Below, piece after piece: positions 17,230 to 27,006 of a stretch of 64,000 bases of DNA. Source of the stretch: an uncultured bacterium (GTDB lineage Bacteria; Patescibacteriota; Minisyncoccia; UBA6257; 2-01-FULL-56-20); the NCBI GenBank assembly GCA_963719425.1, contig OY970382.1, forward strand, positions 586,880-650,879. Reading direction: 5' to 3'. The notes under the pieces were generated by a model. That model was not told the origin of the DNA. It made no database searches and saw nothing but the letters and a program-made list of their open reading frames with translations. A program made the translations under genes and the position numbers. Position 1 is the first letter of the stretch; each line of letters opens with the position of its first letter.

Positions 17230-17683
17230 CCTCCATAATGCTTAAAATTTTTTCTTCCAACCGTTCCATTTTGGTTGCATCAGCTCTCTTTTTGTGGTCA
17301 TAGCCCAAGAGATGCAACATGCCGTGCAGCAAAAGCGGTGCGGTGCGATCAGGACTGCGCTGCAGGATATCGCGGTTCAAGTAGATCTCGCCGAGATACC
17401 GCTTTTTGGTCTCCGGATGAGGAAAACGGAGTGGTTCCAGGAACGACAGCACGTTCGGCTCGGAACGTTTTTTCATAAATCGCCGCTTGAGCGCCCTCAT
17501 ATCGCGGCCGGGCAACAAAAAAATGTCCAGGGTCGCGTTCTGCACGCCACGATCGGGCGCGCCGAGGGTCTTCAAGATCTCTTTTGCAAAGCGGTGTATT
17601 TTTTTCTCCATCCAGGCCGTCTGCGTCATCACGGTTATTCTCGTGCCCGCCACGTCAACCAAGTTTCTTCCTCGCGATGTCAC
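17225..17683 (-). CDS. ybeY: rRNA maturation endoribonuclease YbeY
   Basis: Zinc-binding HGMLHLLGYDH motif. The start may be internal (17629 or 17611). The longest ORF overlaps the yqeY 3' end. Confidence 0.8.
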   Translation of the reverse strand: MTSRGRNLVDVAGTRITVMTQTAWMEKKIHRFAKEILKTLGAPDRGVQNATLDIFLLPGRDMRALKRRFMKKRSEPNVLSFLEPLRFPHPETKKRYLGEIYLNRDILQRSPDRTAPLLLHGMLHLLGYDHKKRADATKMERLEEKILSIMEE

Positions 17684-18101
17684 CCACTGTTTTGCCGTCC
17701 GCGCGCCCCTTCGTGAGCTTCATTGTTTCGCGCATGAGCGAGTTGAAGTCATTGAAACCCTTTCCCTTAAGCTCATCCACCATCTTTTCAATTTCCTCCG
17801 CAGAAAGTCCCTTGGGAATATATTCATAGATCACCGCGAGCTCGGCCTCCTCCTTTTTTACGAGATCATCCCGCTTCCCCTGCCGGAAGAGTTCAATTGC
17901 CTCCTTGCGCCGCTTTGCTTCTTTTTGTAAAACCGCGACGGCCTCGTCGTCGGTCAGTGCCACGCCCGGCTGCTTTGCGTTTTTCTCTTTCTGCACATTG
18001 TAGAGCCCCGAAGACATAAACCGCAATATCCCCAGGCGCTGCCCGTCGCCGCTTTTCATCGCGGACTTCATGTCATCGCCTATTCTTTCAAAGAGTGTCA
18101 T
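17655..18101 (-). CDS. GatB/YqeY domain protein
   Basis: MTLFERIGDDMKSAMKSGD...LSAEEIEKMVDE matches the YqeY family. Start chosen at M7 of the ORF. Confidence 0.8.
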   Translation of the reverse strand: MTLFERIGDDMKSAMKSGDGQRLGILRFMSSGLYNVQKEKNAKQPGVALTDDEAVAVLQKEAKRRKEAIELFRQGKRDDLVKKEEAELAVIYEYIPKGLSAEEIEKMVDELKGKGFNDFNSLMRETMKLTKGRADGKTVGDIARKKLG

Positions 18102-18145
18102 ATCTACAGTATAAACCAAAGCCCCGCATCACGGCGGGGTTCGTA

Positions 18146-18364
18146 CTAACCAAGAAGCCCAAGCTTTTTCATCCGTTCTACCTCCGCCCGTTTCGCATCG
18201 CGGTGGATTGCCGAGAGTTTGCGTTTGATCCGGCTTACCGGGCGATCGTGGAACTTACGTGCGCGCGCTTCCTTCAAAATGCCGCTCCGCTTCACTTTCT
18301 TCGTGAAGCTGAAAAGTATGCTGTTCGGAGATTCGCCCTCCCGCTTTCGTACCTCAACTGCCAT
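18146..18364 (-). CDS. rpsU: 30S ribosomal protein S21
   Basis: MAVEVRKREGESPNSILFSFTKKVKRSGILKEARARKFHDRP is the bS21 pattern. Confidence 0.85.
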   Translation of the reverse strand: MAVEVRKREGESPNSILFSFTKKVKRSGILKEARARKFHDRPVSRIKRKLSAIHRDAKRAEVERMKKLGLLG

Positions 18365-18371
18365 GAGGAGA

Positions 18372-18399
18372 AGTATAGCAGAAAGAACAAGGCAGTCAA
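18372..18399 (-). promoter_or_regulatory. sigma70-like promoter for rpsU (TTGACT, 16 nt spacer, TATACT)
   Basis: Reverse strand: TTGACTgccttgttctttctgcTATACT lies 7 nt before the rpsU ATG. Confidence 0.4.
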
Positions 18400-18487
18400 G
18401 GAAAATTTGATGGATAAGGTGGCCTGCACACGAATTGATTTTGCAGAACCGTGCGGAGGCCGAGCGAAAAATCCGCGAGTGAATAGG

Positions 18488-18532
18488 AAAAATGCCGGGT
18501 GCCCGGGAGCCGCGACTAGGGCGGCATTTTTT
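18488..18532. terminator. bidirectional intrinsic terminator
   Basis: AAAAATGCCG...CGGCATTTTTT. A 9-bp stem flanked by an A-run and a T-run. It lies downstream of HIT/hisS on the minus strand. Confidence 0.5.
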
Positions 18533-18600
18533 CGTTATGAGCGAGCCGGATTTTGCAAGGCCGGAAAGGGTTCTACAAAATCAATTCGTGTGCAGAAGTC

Positions 18601-19026
18601 CTAGCCAGCGATTTTCTTGCGAATCTCTTCCAGGGTCTCTTTCGATTTTCTATTTACCAGTGACTGGACAGGCTCTCCCCCGTCGCCATACCATCGGGGC
18701 ATCACATGCACGTGGAGATGGTCCACTTCCTGGCCGCTCGCGCGGCCCTGGTTGATCCCAATCGTGATGCCGTCGCACTTCAATTTCCGCGAGAGCATCT
18801 CCGCCACTTTCTTTACCGCCGCAAAGAGCGGGGCGATCTCGGCGTCCGGCAGTTCAAGCAAATTCGGCGCATGCGTTTTCGGAATCACCATGGTGTGCCC
18901 AGGCGTCCGCGGCATGATATCCAAGAACGCGAGCGCGCGGCCGTCCTCGTACACTGCCTGCGCCGGAATTTCCCCGGACGCTATTTTGCAGAAAATGCAA
19001 TTTTTGTCTCGCACTGGTTCTTTCAT
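18601..19026 (-). CDS. HIT (histidine triad) family protein
   Basis: HLHVHVMPR HIT motif. Confidence 0.85.
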   Translation of the reverse strand: MKEPVRDKNCIFCKIASGEIPAQAVYEDGRALAFLDIMPRTPGHTMVIPKTHAPNLLELPDAEIAPLFAAVKKVAEMLSRKLKCDGITIGINQGRASGQEVDHLHVHVMPRWYGDGGEPVQSLVNRKSKETLEEIRKKIAG

Positions 19027-19031
19027 GGTTC

Positions 19032-20324
19032 CTAAAACCGCTTTCTGATCTCGTCCACGACCTTGTGCCGCGGCACCGCTTCCTGCAATCCGGTTTTCAA
19101 ATCGCGGACGATAACGCTGCCCTCGTAAATCTCCTTTTGGCCAAGAATGAGCGCGAGCTCAATCCCTTCCTTATCCGCGGTCTTCAGCTGCGCCGCGAGC
19201 GATTCCTTCGCGAGCACTTCGGAAACAGCGATGCCGCGCGCGCGCAGTTCCTTCAAAAGGCCGAATGATTTCTGCTTCGCCAAATCGCCCGCGTGTACAA
19301 GAAACACCCTTTTCTGGGCCCGTGCAGGCAAGATGACCGCCTTCGCCTTCATAACAGCAATCAGGCGCTCCACGCCGCATGCGGCGCCGACGGCGGGCGT
19401 GAGGTGTCCTCCGATCGTCTCCATCAGATAATCGTAGCGGCCGCCGGCCGGAAGCGCACCGATCTCGGCTTCCTTCCCATCGGCATACATTTCAAACACC
19501 GTCCGACTGTAGTAATCCAGTCCGCGCACCAGATGGTTATCAAGTTCGTATGGAATCGCCGCTTCCTCAAGATATTCCAGAACTGATTTGAAATGCTCGG
19601 CGCACGTCGCGCACAGCTTGTCCAAAAAGATCGGCGCCTTCTCCTTCAATCGCATGCAATCCTCTTCCTTGCAATCCAAAAGGCGCAAGGGGTTCGTCGC
19701 GAGCCGCTTCTTGCAATCCTCGCACAATTCCTTCTCGTGATTCTTGTAATAGTTAACAAGCTGTTTCTTGTACAGCGGGCGGCACACACGGCAGCCAATG
19801 GAATTTATCTTCAGTGTGAAGTTCTTTATCTTGAGCTCGTGAAGGAGATCCGCGCAGACGGAGATGGTTTCCGCGTCATAGATCGGATCGTTCGGCCCGG
19901 CGAGCGTTTCAAAGCCGATTTGCGTAAATTGGCGATAGCGGCCAAGCTGCGGCCGATCGTGCCGGAAGACAGGCCCGAAGTGAAAAAGCTTCTGCGGCTG
20001 GCCGAGGCGGCTTAAGCCGTTTTCAAGGTAGGCGCGCGCGATACCGGGGGTATATTCGGGACGGAGCGCAAGCACGTCGCCGCCCTTCGTACGCAACGTG
20101 TACATTTCTTTCGTGACTACGTCGCTTGCTTCGCCGGACGTCTTATTATAGAGGTCTGCAAACTCCAAGACCGGTGTCTCTATCCGCGCGAACCCGTAGG
20201 ATCGCGCGAGATCCTTCACCGCACCTTCAATCCGCTCCCAATAAGGCTGGTCGGCAGGCAACACGTCGTGCATGCCCGTCGGGGCCCGAAAGGTCCTCAC
20301 CCCCTGCTTTTCACCGGTTTTCAT
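19032..20324 (-). CDS. hisS: histidyl-tRNA synthetase
   Basis: Class II aaRS motifs with an HisRS-type N-terminus (GMHDVLP...RYRQF) and an anticodon-binding C-terminus. Confidence 0.95.
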   Translation of the reverse strand: MKTGEKQGVRTFRAPTGMHDVLPADQPYWERIEGAVKDLARSYGFARIETPVLEFADLYNKTSGEASDVVTKEMYTLRTKGGDVLALRPEYTPGIARAYLENGLSRLGQPQKLFHFGPVFRHDRPQLGRYRQFTQIGFETLAGPNDPIYDAETISVCADLLHELKIKNFTLKINSIGCRVCRPLYKKQLVNYYKNHEKELCEDCKKRLATNPLRLLDCKEEDCMRLKEKAPIFLDKLCATCAEHFKSVLEYLEEAAIPYELDNHLVRGLDYYSRTVFEMYADGKEAEIGALPAGGRYDYLMETIGGHLTPAVGAACGVERLIAVMKAKAVILPARAQKRVFLVHAGDLAKQKSFGLLKELRARGIAVSEVLAKESLAAQLKTADKEGIELALILGQKEIYEGSVIVRDLKTGLQEAVPRHKVVDEIRKRF

Positions 20325-20325
20325 T

Positions 20326-20877
20326 TTACTTATATTGCGGCGCTGCGAACGCAGTCACGTCGGTGGGCGGCCACAACCGGACGCGCACGAGGCCAACGAT
20401 GTTCTTCGCAGGCAACGCCCCCCACATGCGTGAATCATAACTGGCGGGCCGGTTGTCGCCGAGGAGCAAATAGGTGCTGGAGGACAGCGTGAAAGTGTAA
20501 TTTCCCGATGTATCCGTCCCTTTGGGCAAATAGGACTCGTCAAGTGCAAATCCCTGCGGGTGATCGTCATTAAACACCGTAACCGTATCGTTCTTGATCG
20601 TGACGCGCTCGCCGGGCAGGCCGATGACGCGCTTGATAAAATAGGTGGAATAATCCTGCGGGTCGTGGAACACGACTACCTCCCCGCGCTCCGGCGCGCG
20701 CAGGTCGTAGGTGAGTTCGTCTACAAGAACGTAATCACCATTTGAAAAATTCGGCGACATGCTTGAACCACTCACGAGGAAAGGCTGCACAAGAAACGTG
20801 CGCACAAGGAAGACGGCGCCCACGGCAATCACGGCGACCTCAAGCACCTCCAAAAAGGCAGCGAAAAACTTTCTCAT
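20326..20877 (-). CDS. lepB: signal peptidase I
   Basis: GSSMSPNF (catalytic Ser), RGEVVVFHDP and KRVIGLPGERV. Start chosen at MRKFF, which precedes the TM anchor. Confidence 0.85.
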   Translation of the reverse strand: MRKFFAAFLEVLEVAVIAVGAVFLVRTFLVQPFLVSGSSMSPNFSNGDYVLVDELTYDLRAPERGEVVVFHDPQDYSTYFIKRVIGLPGERVTIKNDTVTVFNDDHPQGFALDESYLPKGTDTSGNYTFTLSSSTYLLLGDNRPASYDSRMWGALPAKNIVGLVRVRLWPPTDVTAFAAPQYK

Positions 20878-20920
20878 GTAGTACTCATTATATCCCGCGC
20901 ATTGTGGTAAAATCAAGCCA

Positions 20921-21460
20921 ATGAAAACGGAAAAAACGATCCTCGTGGGTCTCGGCAATCCCGGACCGGAATTTAAAAACACCTACCACAACGTGGGCCA
21001 AGCCGCCCTCGCCGCGATCGCGCGGCGGCTTCCGAACGGCGAATCCCTCACATGGAAAACGCACAAAAAACTGTTCCGCTACGCCGCCCACGGTACTATG
21101 GTGCTTGCGGCACCGCTTACGTTCATGAACGAATCCGGCATGGCGGTGCGGGAAGCGATGAAGAAATTCAAGGCGGCGCCGGAGAATCTCGTCGTCATCC
21201 ACGATGAGAGCGATCTCCCCGTGGGAATGTATAAAATATCGTCCGGAAGAAGTTCTGCAGGTCATAAGGGAATCCAATCAATTATAGACACGCTCCGCAC
21301 GAATCGTTTCACCCGTATTCGCGTCGGCATCCGCGAAGCAGGCGAAAAAAAGCGCAGGAAAGCATCCGCATTCGTCCTTGCAAAAATAACTCCGAAGGAC
21401 CAGATCGTCTTTGATGCGTTGTTCTCTGCGATTGCAAGCAGGTTTCCTTACTGCCCCTAG
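20921..21460 (+). CDS. pth: peptidyl-tRNA hydrolase
   Basis: LVGLGNPGPEFKNTYHNVG and HDESDLPVG. An extended -10 TGGTAAAAT lies just upstream. Confidence 0.9.
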   Translation: MKTEKTILVGLGNPGPEFKNTYHNVGQAALAAIARRLPNGESLTWKTHKKLFRYAAHGTMVLAAPLTFMNESGMAVREAMKKFKAAPENLVVIHDESDLPVGMYKISSGRSSAGHKGIQSIIDTLRTNRFTRIRVGIREAGEKKRRKASAFVLAKITPKDQIVFDALFSAIASRFPYCP

Positions 21461-21519
21461 GAACCGAGATTTGAGAACTTGTTGGGAGACAGATGGACGG
21501 AAATTGCCGCAGCCCCGGA

Positions 21520-23019
21520 TTATTGGGCATACGAAAAAGTCATGGAAAATGAAGTAGTGAGGCCGTTTGTTTGTACCTGTCCCAATGGAAGGTTGACGGA
21601 ACTGAAATGGGAATCGCTCTCGAGCGCTGTTTCAAACGCAAGTATCGCATCCTGCGTCCGCGCGCTCCCCGAGAGCGCGATAGGAGCACCCATGGACTGA
21701 AACGCAACGTGACTCACGGTCACTTGATTGCTCCCCGCGATATCCAAAATTTTTTTTAAAATGACGCCTTTGGGGCCCGCGGCGTTCAGGGCGGCGGCGA
21801 CAAGCGCCACGGAACCATTGAAATCACTTGCAGTTGCCTGCAGTGCAACAGTTTCCGCAACCTGTGCGCTGCCCAAACTAAATGAGGAGCGTGATTCAAT
21901 GGTCGTCCTCGTTTCCGAGAGGAAAATATCTGCTCCTGCGAAGGTAACGACGAGAAGCAGCAGGGCGGCAGGAAGGGCGACGCGCCAAAATCGCATGAAA
22001 CTCAGAAGCTCCTCCCCGCGGAACATATCCCGCAAATCATTTCCCAAAAGATTGATTTCCCGATCTTTCATTTTGAACCCCGACCCGCGCAAACTGCATC
22101 CGAGCGCGGTAAACCATGCCGACGAAACCGGCTGGCCCACCGTGAGCATGCAACGTACCGCGGGAACCGAGGTGCTCTCCATGATGACTCGCTCGGTCTC
22201 TGCCTCTAAAATCACGGTGGAAAAGATGACTGCATCCAAGGATCCGGCCCAGTGCTGGTAATAAAAATTTACGACGCGTCGCACGCTTGCCCCAAGCGTT
22301 TCTTCAAATTTTGGAATTGATATCTCCCTTTTATCATCCATAAGATCCTGCCATGGGACCGCGTATTCAAAATACGGCACGCCCTTACGAATAATCGCGA
22401 AATCCAATCCAGAATCATCAATATTCACAAAGAGGTAGGACTTGGCTATATCAACGCCAGCCGCCTTTTCTCGGAGCAGTCGCGCGAGCGCAGATGCCCG
22501 CGATTCCACCGCCGTTACGATGAATCCCGCTTCAAAAAGCGCTTTCGCCATCCCATCCACCACGTCGCGCTCAATGAACGCGGAGAGGATCTGAAGCTGT
22601 AATGTGTTCTCGTCGTGTTCCACAAGCTCCCAGTCCGAATATGCCTCGTCCGCCTCAAGCGGCGAAGTCATCTTGAGGTTCAGCACTACTGCCTTTTCCA
22701 AATCCTTTTCCCCCACTGCGGGGAGCGCAAATATCTGCGTATAGGTCTCCACGGAATTGAAACATGCCGCCACGTTCATTTTCCCCTTTCTTCCTTTTTC
22801 TTGCGCTTGTTCCCTAAGCGCCGTGAGCGCCGCGACAAATCCTTCGCGATCGGCGATCTTTCCTTTCTTCACTGTGCCGGGCTCAAGGCGCACCGCATGC
22901 ATCTGCCAAGCTTTCCCGTCAAAATGCACGAGCCGCACCACCTGATCGCTTACGGAAAGCCCCACAGCCGCCGAATGGACGCGAAGGAGCAAAAGTAGTT
23001 TTTGGAACCAGCGTTGCAT
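21520..23019 (-). CDS. type IV pilus assembly protein: PilM (actin-like) fused to PilN/PilO-like membrane segments
   Basis: N-terminal PilM-like ATPase fold, a central TM helix (ALPAALLLLVVTF) and a C-terminal periplasmic region. Last gene of the pilB-pilC operon. Confidence 0.65.
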   Translation of the reverse strand: MQRWFQKLLLLLRVHSAAVGLSVSDQVVRLVHFDGKAWQMHAVRLEPGTVKKGKIADREGFVAALTALREQAQEKGRKGKMNVAACFNSVETYTQIFALPAVGEKDLEKAVVLNLKMTSPLEADEAYSDWELVEHDENTLQLQILSAFIERDVVDGMAKALFEAGFIVTAVESRASALARLLREKAAGVDIAKSYLFVNIDDSGLDFAIIRKGVPYFEYAVPWQDLMDDKREISIPKFEETLGASVRRVVNFYYQHWAGSLDAVIFSTVILEAETERVIMESTSVPAVRCMLTVGQPVSSAWFTALGCSLRGSGFKMKDREINLLGNDLRDMFRGEELLSFMRFWRVALPAALLLLVVTFAGADIFLSETRTTIESRSSFSLGSAQVAETVALQATASDFNGSVALVAAALNAAGPKGVILKKILDIAGSNQVTVSHVAFQSMGAPIALSGSARTQDAILAFETALESDSHFSSVNLPLGQVQTNGLTTSFSMTFSYAQ

Positions 23020-23030
23020 AGTTTAGTGGC

Positions 23031-24236
23031 CTAGAAAGAACTCGTGAGCTGGTAGATCGGCACAATGATGGAAAGCGCGATGATCATCACCATCAATCCC
23101 ATGCCTAGGAGAAGAATGGGCTCCAAGAGCGACACGAGCGTCTGGATGCTGCTATCAATGTTCGCGCCGTAGAAGTCGGCGAGGGTGGCGAGCACCTCGT
23201 CCAAGTGCCCCGCTTTTTCCGAGATGGCGATCAGATTGCTCAATGTTTTCGGGAAAACCGCCTCGCGCTTGAATGATTCCCCGATCGTAAGGCCTTTTGC
23301 CAAACCTTCGTTCGCAACCCGCATGAGCGCATATTGATAATCGCGGTGGTTAACGGTTTCCGCCGCGACCGTGATGGTTTCAATGATGGGTAATCCCGCC
23401 TTGATGAGCGAGCTCATCGTAGAGGCCATGCGTTGCACCGCAAGGTCGCTGTAAACCTTCCGAATGACAGGGAGGTTCGCCAAGATATTATGAAGGATTC
23501 TTTTCCCCGTCTCCGTCTTTTTTGCTCCCACAATGCACACGATGATCGCCGTAATTAAAATCGTGTAGATCGGCACGACATTCGCGCCGATGAAAAGCCC
23601 GACGCCGAAGACGATGCTCGAGAAAAGGGGCGGATTGATGGCCCCGTTTGAAAATGCCACGGCGAGTTTCGGCAGCGCAAAGGTAAAGAGAAACGTAAGG
23701 ATGGCGGCCGCCATGCACAAAACGACTATTGGATAGATAAGCGCCGCGCGGATTTTGGATTTTAACTCCGCATCGCGCTCAAGCGAAACAGAAAGGTCTT
23801 CAAAGGTTTTCTGCAAGTTGCCGGAAATCTCCGCGGCTTTGACCAAGTTCACGAACGTCGATGAAAAACTCTCCGGATGCCGCGCAAACGATTCGTAGAA
23901 CGGCTGGCCGCGGCTCAAACTGTCGTACACTTCAAGGAGAAAGTTCTTGACGGAGGGCTTGTCAAAATCCGCGATGAGGATGTTCACTGCGGAAAGAAGG
24001 TCGGTGCCCACGCGCAGCATAAGCGCAAGGTATTTGGTCAAAAACACCTCGTCGGACGTGGTGATGCCTCCCCAGAACCTCGGTGCGCTGAACCGGTCGC
24101 GCGCGAGCGCCTTGACCGCGATTGGGCGGAGCTCCTTTCCTGAAAGATAATGCAGAACGTCGTCAAGGGTCCCCGCATCAAAATCGGCCTCCTGCGTCTC
24201 TCCGGAGCGGTCCACTGCGACATAATGATAGAGCAT
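23031..24236 (-). CDS. pilC: type IV pilus platform protein PilC (GspF family)
   Basis: Two GspF repeats and polytopic membrane topology. Confidence 0.9.
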   Translation of the reverse strand: MLYHYVAVDRSGETQEADFDAGTLDDVLHYLSGKELRPIAVKALARDRFSAPRFWGGITTSDEVFLTKYLALMLRVGTDLLSAVNILIADFDKPSVKNFLLEVYDSLSRGQPFYESFARHPESFSSTFVNLVKAAEISGNLQKTFEDLSVSLERDAELKSKIRAALIYPIVVLCMAAAILTFLFTFALPKLAVAFSNGAINPPLFSSIVFGVGLFIGANVVPIYTILITAIIVCIVGAKKTETGKRILHNILANLPVIRKVYSDLAVQRMASTMSSLIKAGLPIIETITVAAETVNHRDYQYALMRVANEGLAKGLTIGESFKREAVFPKTLSNLIAISEKAGHLDEVLATLADFYGANIDSSIQTLVSLLEPILLLGMGLMVMIIALSIIVPIYQLTSSF

Positions 24237-24250
24237 AATCTTATTGTACC

Positions 24251-24412
24251 AGAACCCATATCAAAAGTAGGATTCGTCTATTCCGTGTCAGTTTCGAGCG
24301 AGAAAGGTGAATCCCGACGAAGCTGTAGCCATGCCTACTGCGAGGAGGGATTCGCCTTTCGCAGCCGAAATTGGCCGGAAGAGGCGATTGATCTACTTTT
24401 GATATGGGTTCT
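24251..24412. repeat. 162-nt palindromic element closed by a perfect 20-bp inverted repeat (AGAACCCATATCAAAAGTAG / CTACTTTTGATATGGGTTCT)
   Basis: It fills the pilB-pilC intergenic spacer and its right arm overlaps the pilB stop codon. Nested inner inverted repeats include GAATCCC/GGGATTC. Confidence 0.6.
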
Positions 24413-26127
24413 CATTCGCGTATCACGCGGAGCACTTCTTCCAATGTCGTGAGCGCAAGCTCGGCTTTCTGAAGGCCATCCTCAAACATTGTCTTTTCAC
24501 CTTCTTTTCTTGTGGCGGCGCGCAGGTCTTCAAGATTGAAATTTTCCGCAGTGACGACCCTTTTCACGGCATCGGTCACGCGGAGCAACTCAAAAATGCC
24601 AAGGCGGCCGCGATACCCCGTCATTCCGCAGGAGCTGCACCCTTTTCCCCGATAAAGGGTCTTTGGCGCGGACATGGCATCTTCCGGCACGCCAAGTTCA
24701 TGCAGTTGGACCCGAACGGTCCGGGCAACATCGGGACCGGCGTCGTACGAATAGATACAGGACGGGCACACGCGCCGGACGAGACGCTGGGCGATAATGA
24801 GATTTAGCACCGATCCGGCGAGGAACGGCGGAATCTTGAGATCAAACAGACGCGGGATTGCGGTGGGGGCATCGTTCGTGTGAAGTGAAGAAAGGAAAAG
24901 ATGACCTGTCAAGGCCGCCTGGACAGCGATGTCGGCGGTTTCCGCATCGCGGATTTCGCCGACCATGATGATGTTCGGATCCTGCCGGAGGAGCGCGCGG
25001 AGTCCCGATGCGAACGTGACTCCTGCCTGTGCATTGACCTGCGTCTGGTTCACGTAGCGCATGTTGTATTCAATAGGGTCCTCAATGGTCACCACATTCA
25101 CCTGTGGCTTGTTCAGAATGTTCATAAGCGCATAGAGCGTCGTCGTTTTTCCCGAGCCAGTCGGCCCGCAAGAAAGCACCATGCCATAGGCCTTCTTGAG
25201 TTCTTCTCTCGCCACGGCGGCATCTCCGGCCGCCATGCCGATTTCTTCAAGCGAAAGGGGCTTTTGCGACGATGTGAGCACCCGCATTTCCACCTTTTCC
25301 CCGTAAAACGTGGGCATTACGGAAACGCGCACGTCGGTCAACTCGTTCCCCACCTGTTCTCTGAACCGCCCGTCTTGCGGCTCGTAGTGTTCATCAATCT
25401 TGAGGCCCGACAAAAGCTTGATGCGCGCGACGATCGCGGGATGGATGGTTTTCGAAACGTTCAACACTTCGTAGAGGATGCCGTCAATGCGGTACCGTAT
25501 GAACATTGATTCTTCCAACACTTCTATATGGATGTCCGACGCTCGCGAAGCGATCGCGTAGGAAAGGATATTGTCCACAATAGCAACGATAGGAAGATCT
25601 CCCGCTGCTTCCTCGGCGCTCTTCGCCCGCGCCGCGAGCGACGCTTTGACGTTCTCTTCGATGAGCTTTTTGAAATCCTTACCGAGCTCGTAGCCGAAAA
25701 CCGAAAAACCGCGATTGAGATCTTCCTCGGTGGCGAGGAATGGCTTGATTTTCGCTTTCAAGCGCTGCGCAAGGAATTCTATCGTTTCAAGGTTGGACGG
25801 ATCCCTCATGGCAACGTCGTACGTCCCGTCGGCTTCCTTGGCAAAGATGACAACCTGGCGCTGGCGCGCGACATCTTCCGGAATAAGTTTTACCACATCT
25901 TTTTCCACCTCCTGCGCGCTGAAATCAACGCGTGGGACGCCCAGCGCCTTCGCCACAAGGCTATTCAAATAGTCCGCAGTGGTGAACTGTTCCGAAATAA
26001 GTACATCAAGAATGTTCTGGCTCTTCCTCTCGGCTTCGGCAAAAAGCTCATCAAATTTTTCTGCCGAGACGAGCCCTTCGTCAACAAGCAGTTTCTTAAG
26101 CTCTGGCAGCGGAAGCGGTAATCGCAT
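24412..26127 (-). CDS. pilB: type IV pilus assembly ATPase PilB (GspE family)
   Basis: Walker A GPTGSGKTT, GspE N-domain and a tetracysteine motif. Confidence 0.9.
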   Translation of the reverse strand: MRLPLPLPELKKLLVDEGLVSAEKFDELFAEAERKSQNILDVLISEQFTTADYLNSLVAKALGVPRVDFSAQEVEKDVVKLIPEDVARQRQVVIFAKEADGTYDVAMRDPSNLETIEFLAQRLKAKIKPFLATEEDLNRGFSVFGYELGKDFKKLIEENVKASLAARAKSAEEAAGDLPIVAIVDNILSYAIASRASDIHIEVLEESMFIRYRIDGILYEVLNVSKTIHPAIVARIKLLSGLKIDEHYEPQDGRFREQVGNELTDVRVSVMPTFYGEKVEMRVLTSSQKPLSLEEIGMAAGDAAVAREELKKAYGMVLSCGPTGSGKTTTLYALMNILNKPQVNVVTIEDPIEYNMRYVNQTQVNAQAGVTFASGLRALLRQDPNIIMVGEIRDAETADIAVQAALTGHLFLSSLHTNDAPTAIPRLFDLKIPPFLAGSVLNLIIAQRLVRRVCPSCIYSYDAGPDVARTVRVQLHELGVPEDAMSAPKTLYRGKGCSSCGMTGYRGRLGIFELLRVTDAVKRVVTAENFNLEDLRAATRKEGEKTMFEDGLQKAELALTTLEEVLRVIRE

Positions 26128-26142
26128 AGTTATATAATACCA

Positions 26143-26178
26143 ATCCAGCCGTAGTTTCGGAAGAAACTACGGCTGGAT
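26143..26178. repeat. palindromic hairpin element CCAGCCGTAGTTTC-GGAA-GAAACTACGGCTGG (copy 2 of 2)
   Basis: Perfect 14-16-bp stem with a GGAA tetraloop, between the pilin gene and pilB. The arms match the hairpin at 10798-10843. Confidence 0.6.
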
Positions 26179-26200
26179 GGATTTCGCTCAACAAAAACCC

Positions 26201-26863
26201 TTACAAGCTCAAGCTCGTCCCCTGTTCGTAGACGTAGTTATTGTTGCCACCATCGTTGTCCGTCACGTGGCCGGCACCTCCGTAGTAGAACTTCGAGCTT
26301 TCCATGAAGGCCGCAAGTTTGTACAAGGTACTGGTCGCGGTATAGCTATAGAAGAGGGAGCAGGACGAGAGGGAGGGACTTGATCCGGTACAACTAGCTG
26401 TGCCCGTACTATTTACCGGATCAATCGGCTCCTGACCAATCGGCGAGCCGGAACTGATGCCCGAGAAGTTTACCGGAATCCAACCGCCCCCAGTGATACC
26501 TCTATTCGTAAGTGCCAGGATAGTCGTGGACGTGGTGTTACCCGCAAACCAGTTATTACAAGTCGCATTCACGGCGGGGGCAGTCCACGATCCAGCAGCG
26601 CTCACAGTAGCCCATGCCGTAGACGACTGGCTCACGTCACACCACGTCGAGGTCCCGAGAGTCGGGGATGCCACGTCCACAAGATAGAGCGAGATAGCGC
26701 TCTTTAAGGTTGCCATATCCGAGATGCGGTTAGAATCCCTCGCTTGACGCAAAAGCTCCGCCGGGTTGAGGGACAAAATGATAACAACCGACAAAACCGC
26801 AATGATCGCGATCACGATCAGAAGCTCAATGAGGGTAAAGCCCTTTCGGTTCTTATATTTCAT
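26201..26863 (-). CDS. type IV pilin (prepilin, N-terminal methylation motif)
   Basis: MKYKNRKGFTLIELLIVIAIIAVLS is the class III signal peptide plus hydrophobic helix. The C-terminal half is Ser/Thr/Gly-rich. A -10 TATAAT lies upstream. Confidence 0.8.
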   Translation of the reverse strand: MKYKNRKGFTLIELLIVIAIIAVLSVVIILSLNPAELLRQARDSNRISDMATLKSAISLYLVDVASPTLGTSTWCDVSQSSTAWATVSAAGSWTAPAVNATCNNWFAGNTTSTTILALTNRGITGGGWIPVNFSGISSGSPIGQEPIDPVNSTGTASCTGSSPSLSSCSLFYSYTATSTLYKLAAFMESSKFYYGGAGHVTDNDGGNNNYVYEQGTSLSL

Positions 26864-27006
26864 ACAGTTTGTTCGGTGAAACGACCTTTTAAGGATTAAT
26901 TCATTATAACAACTGCCCGGGAAACATGGAAAGGACGGCTGTGGATAAGTAAGAAACCCATATCTCACGCTTGTGCGCCCTTTGAGCGCCGACGGTAACT
27001 CACGCA

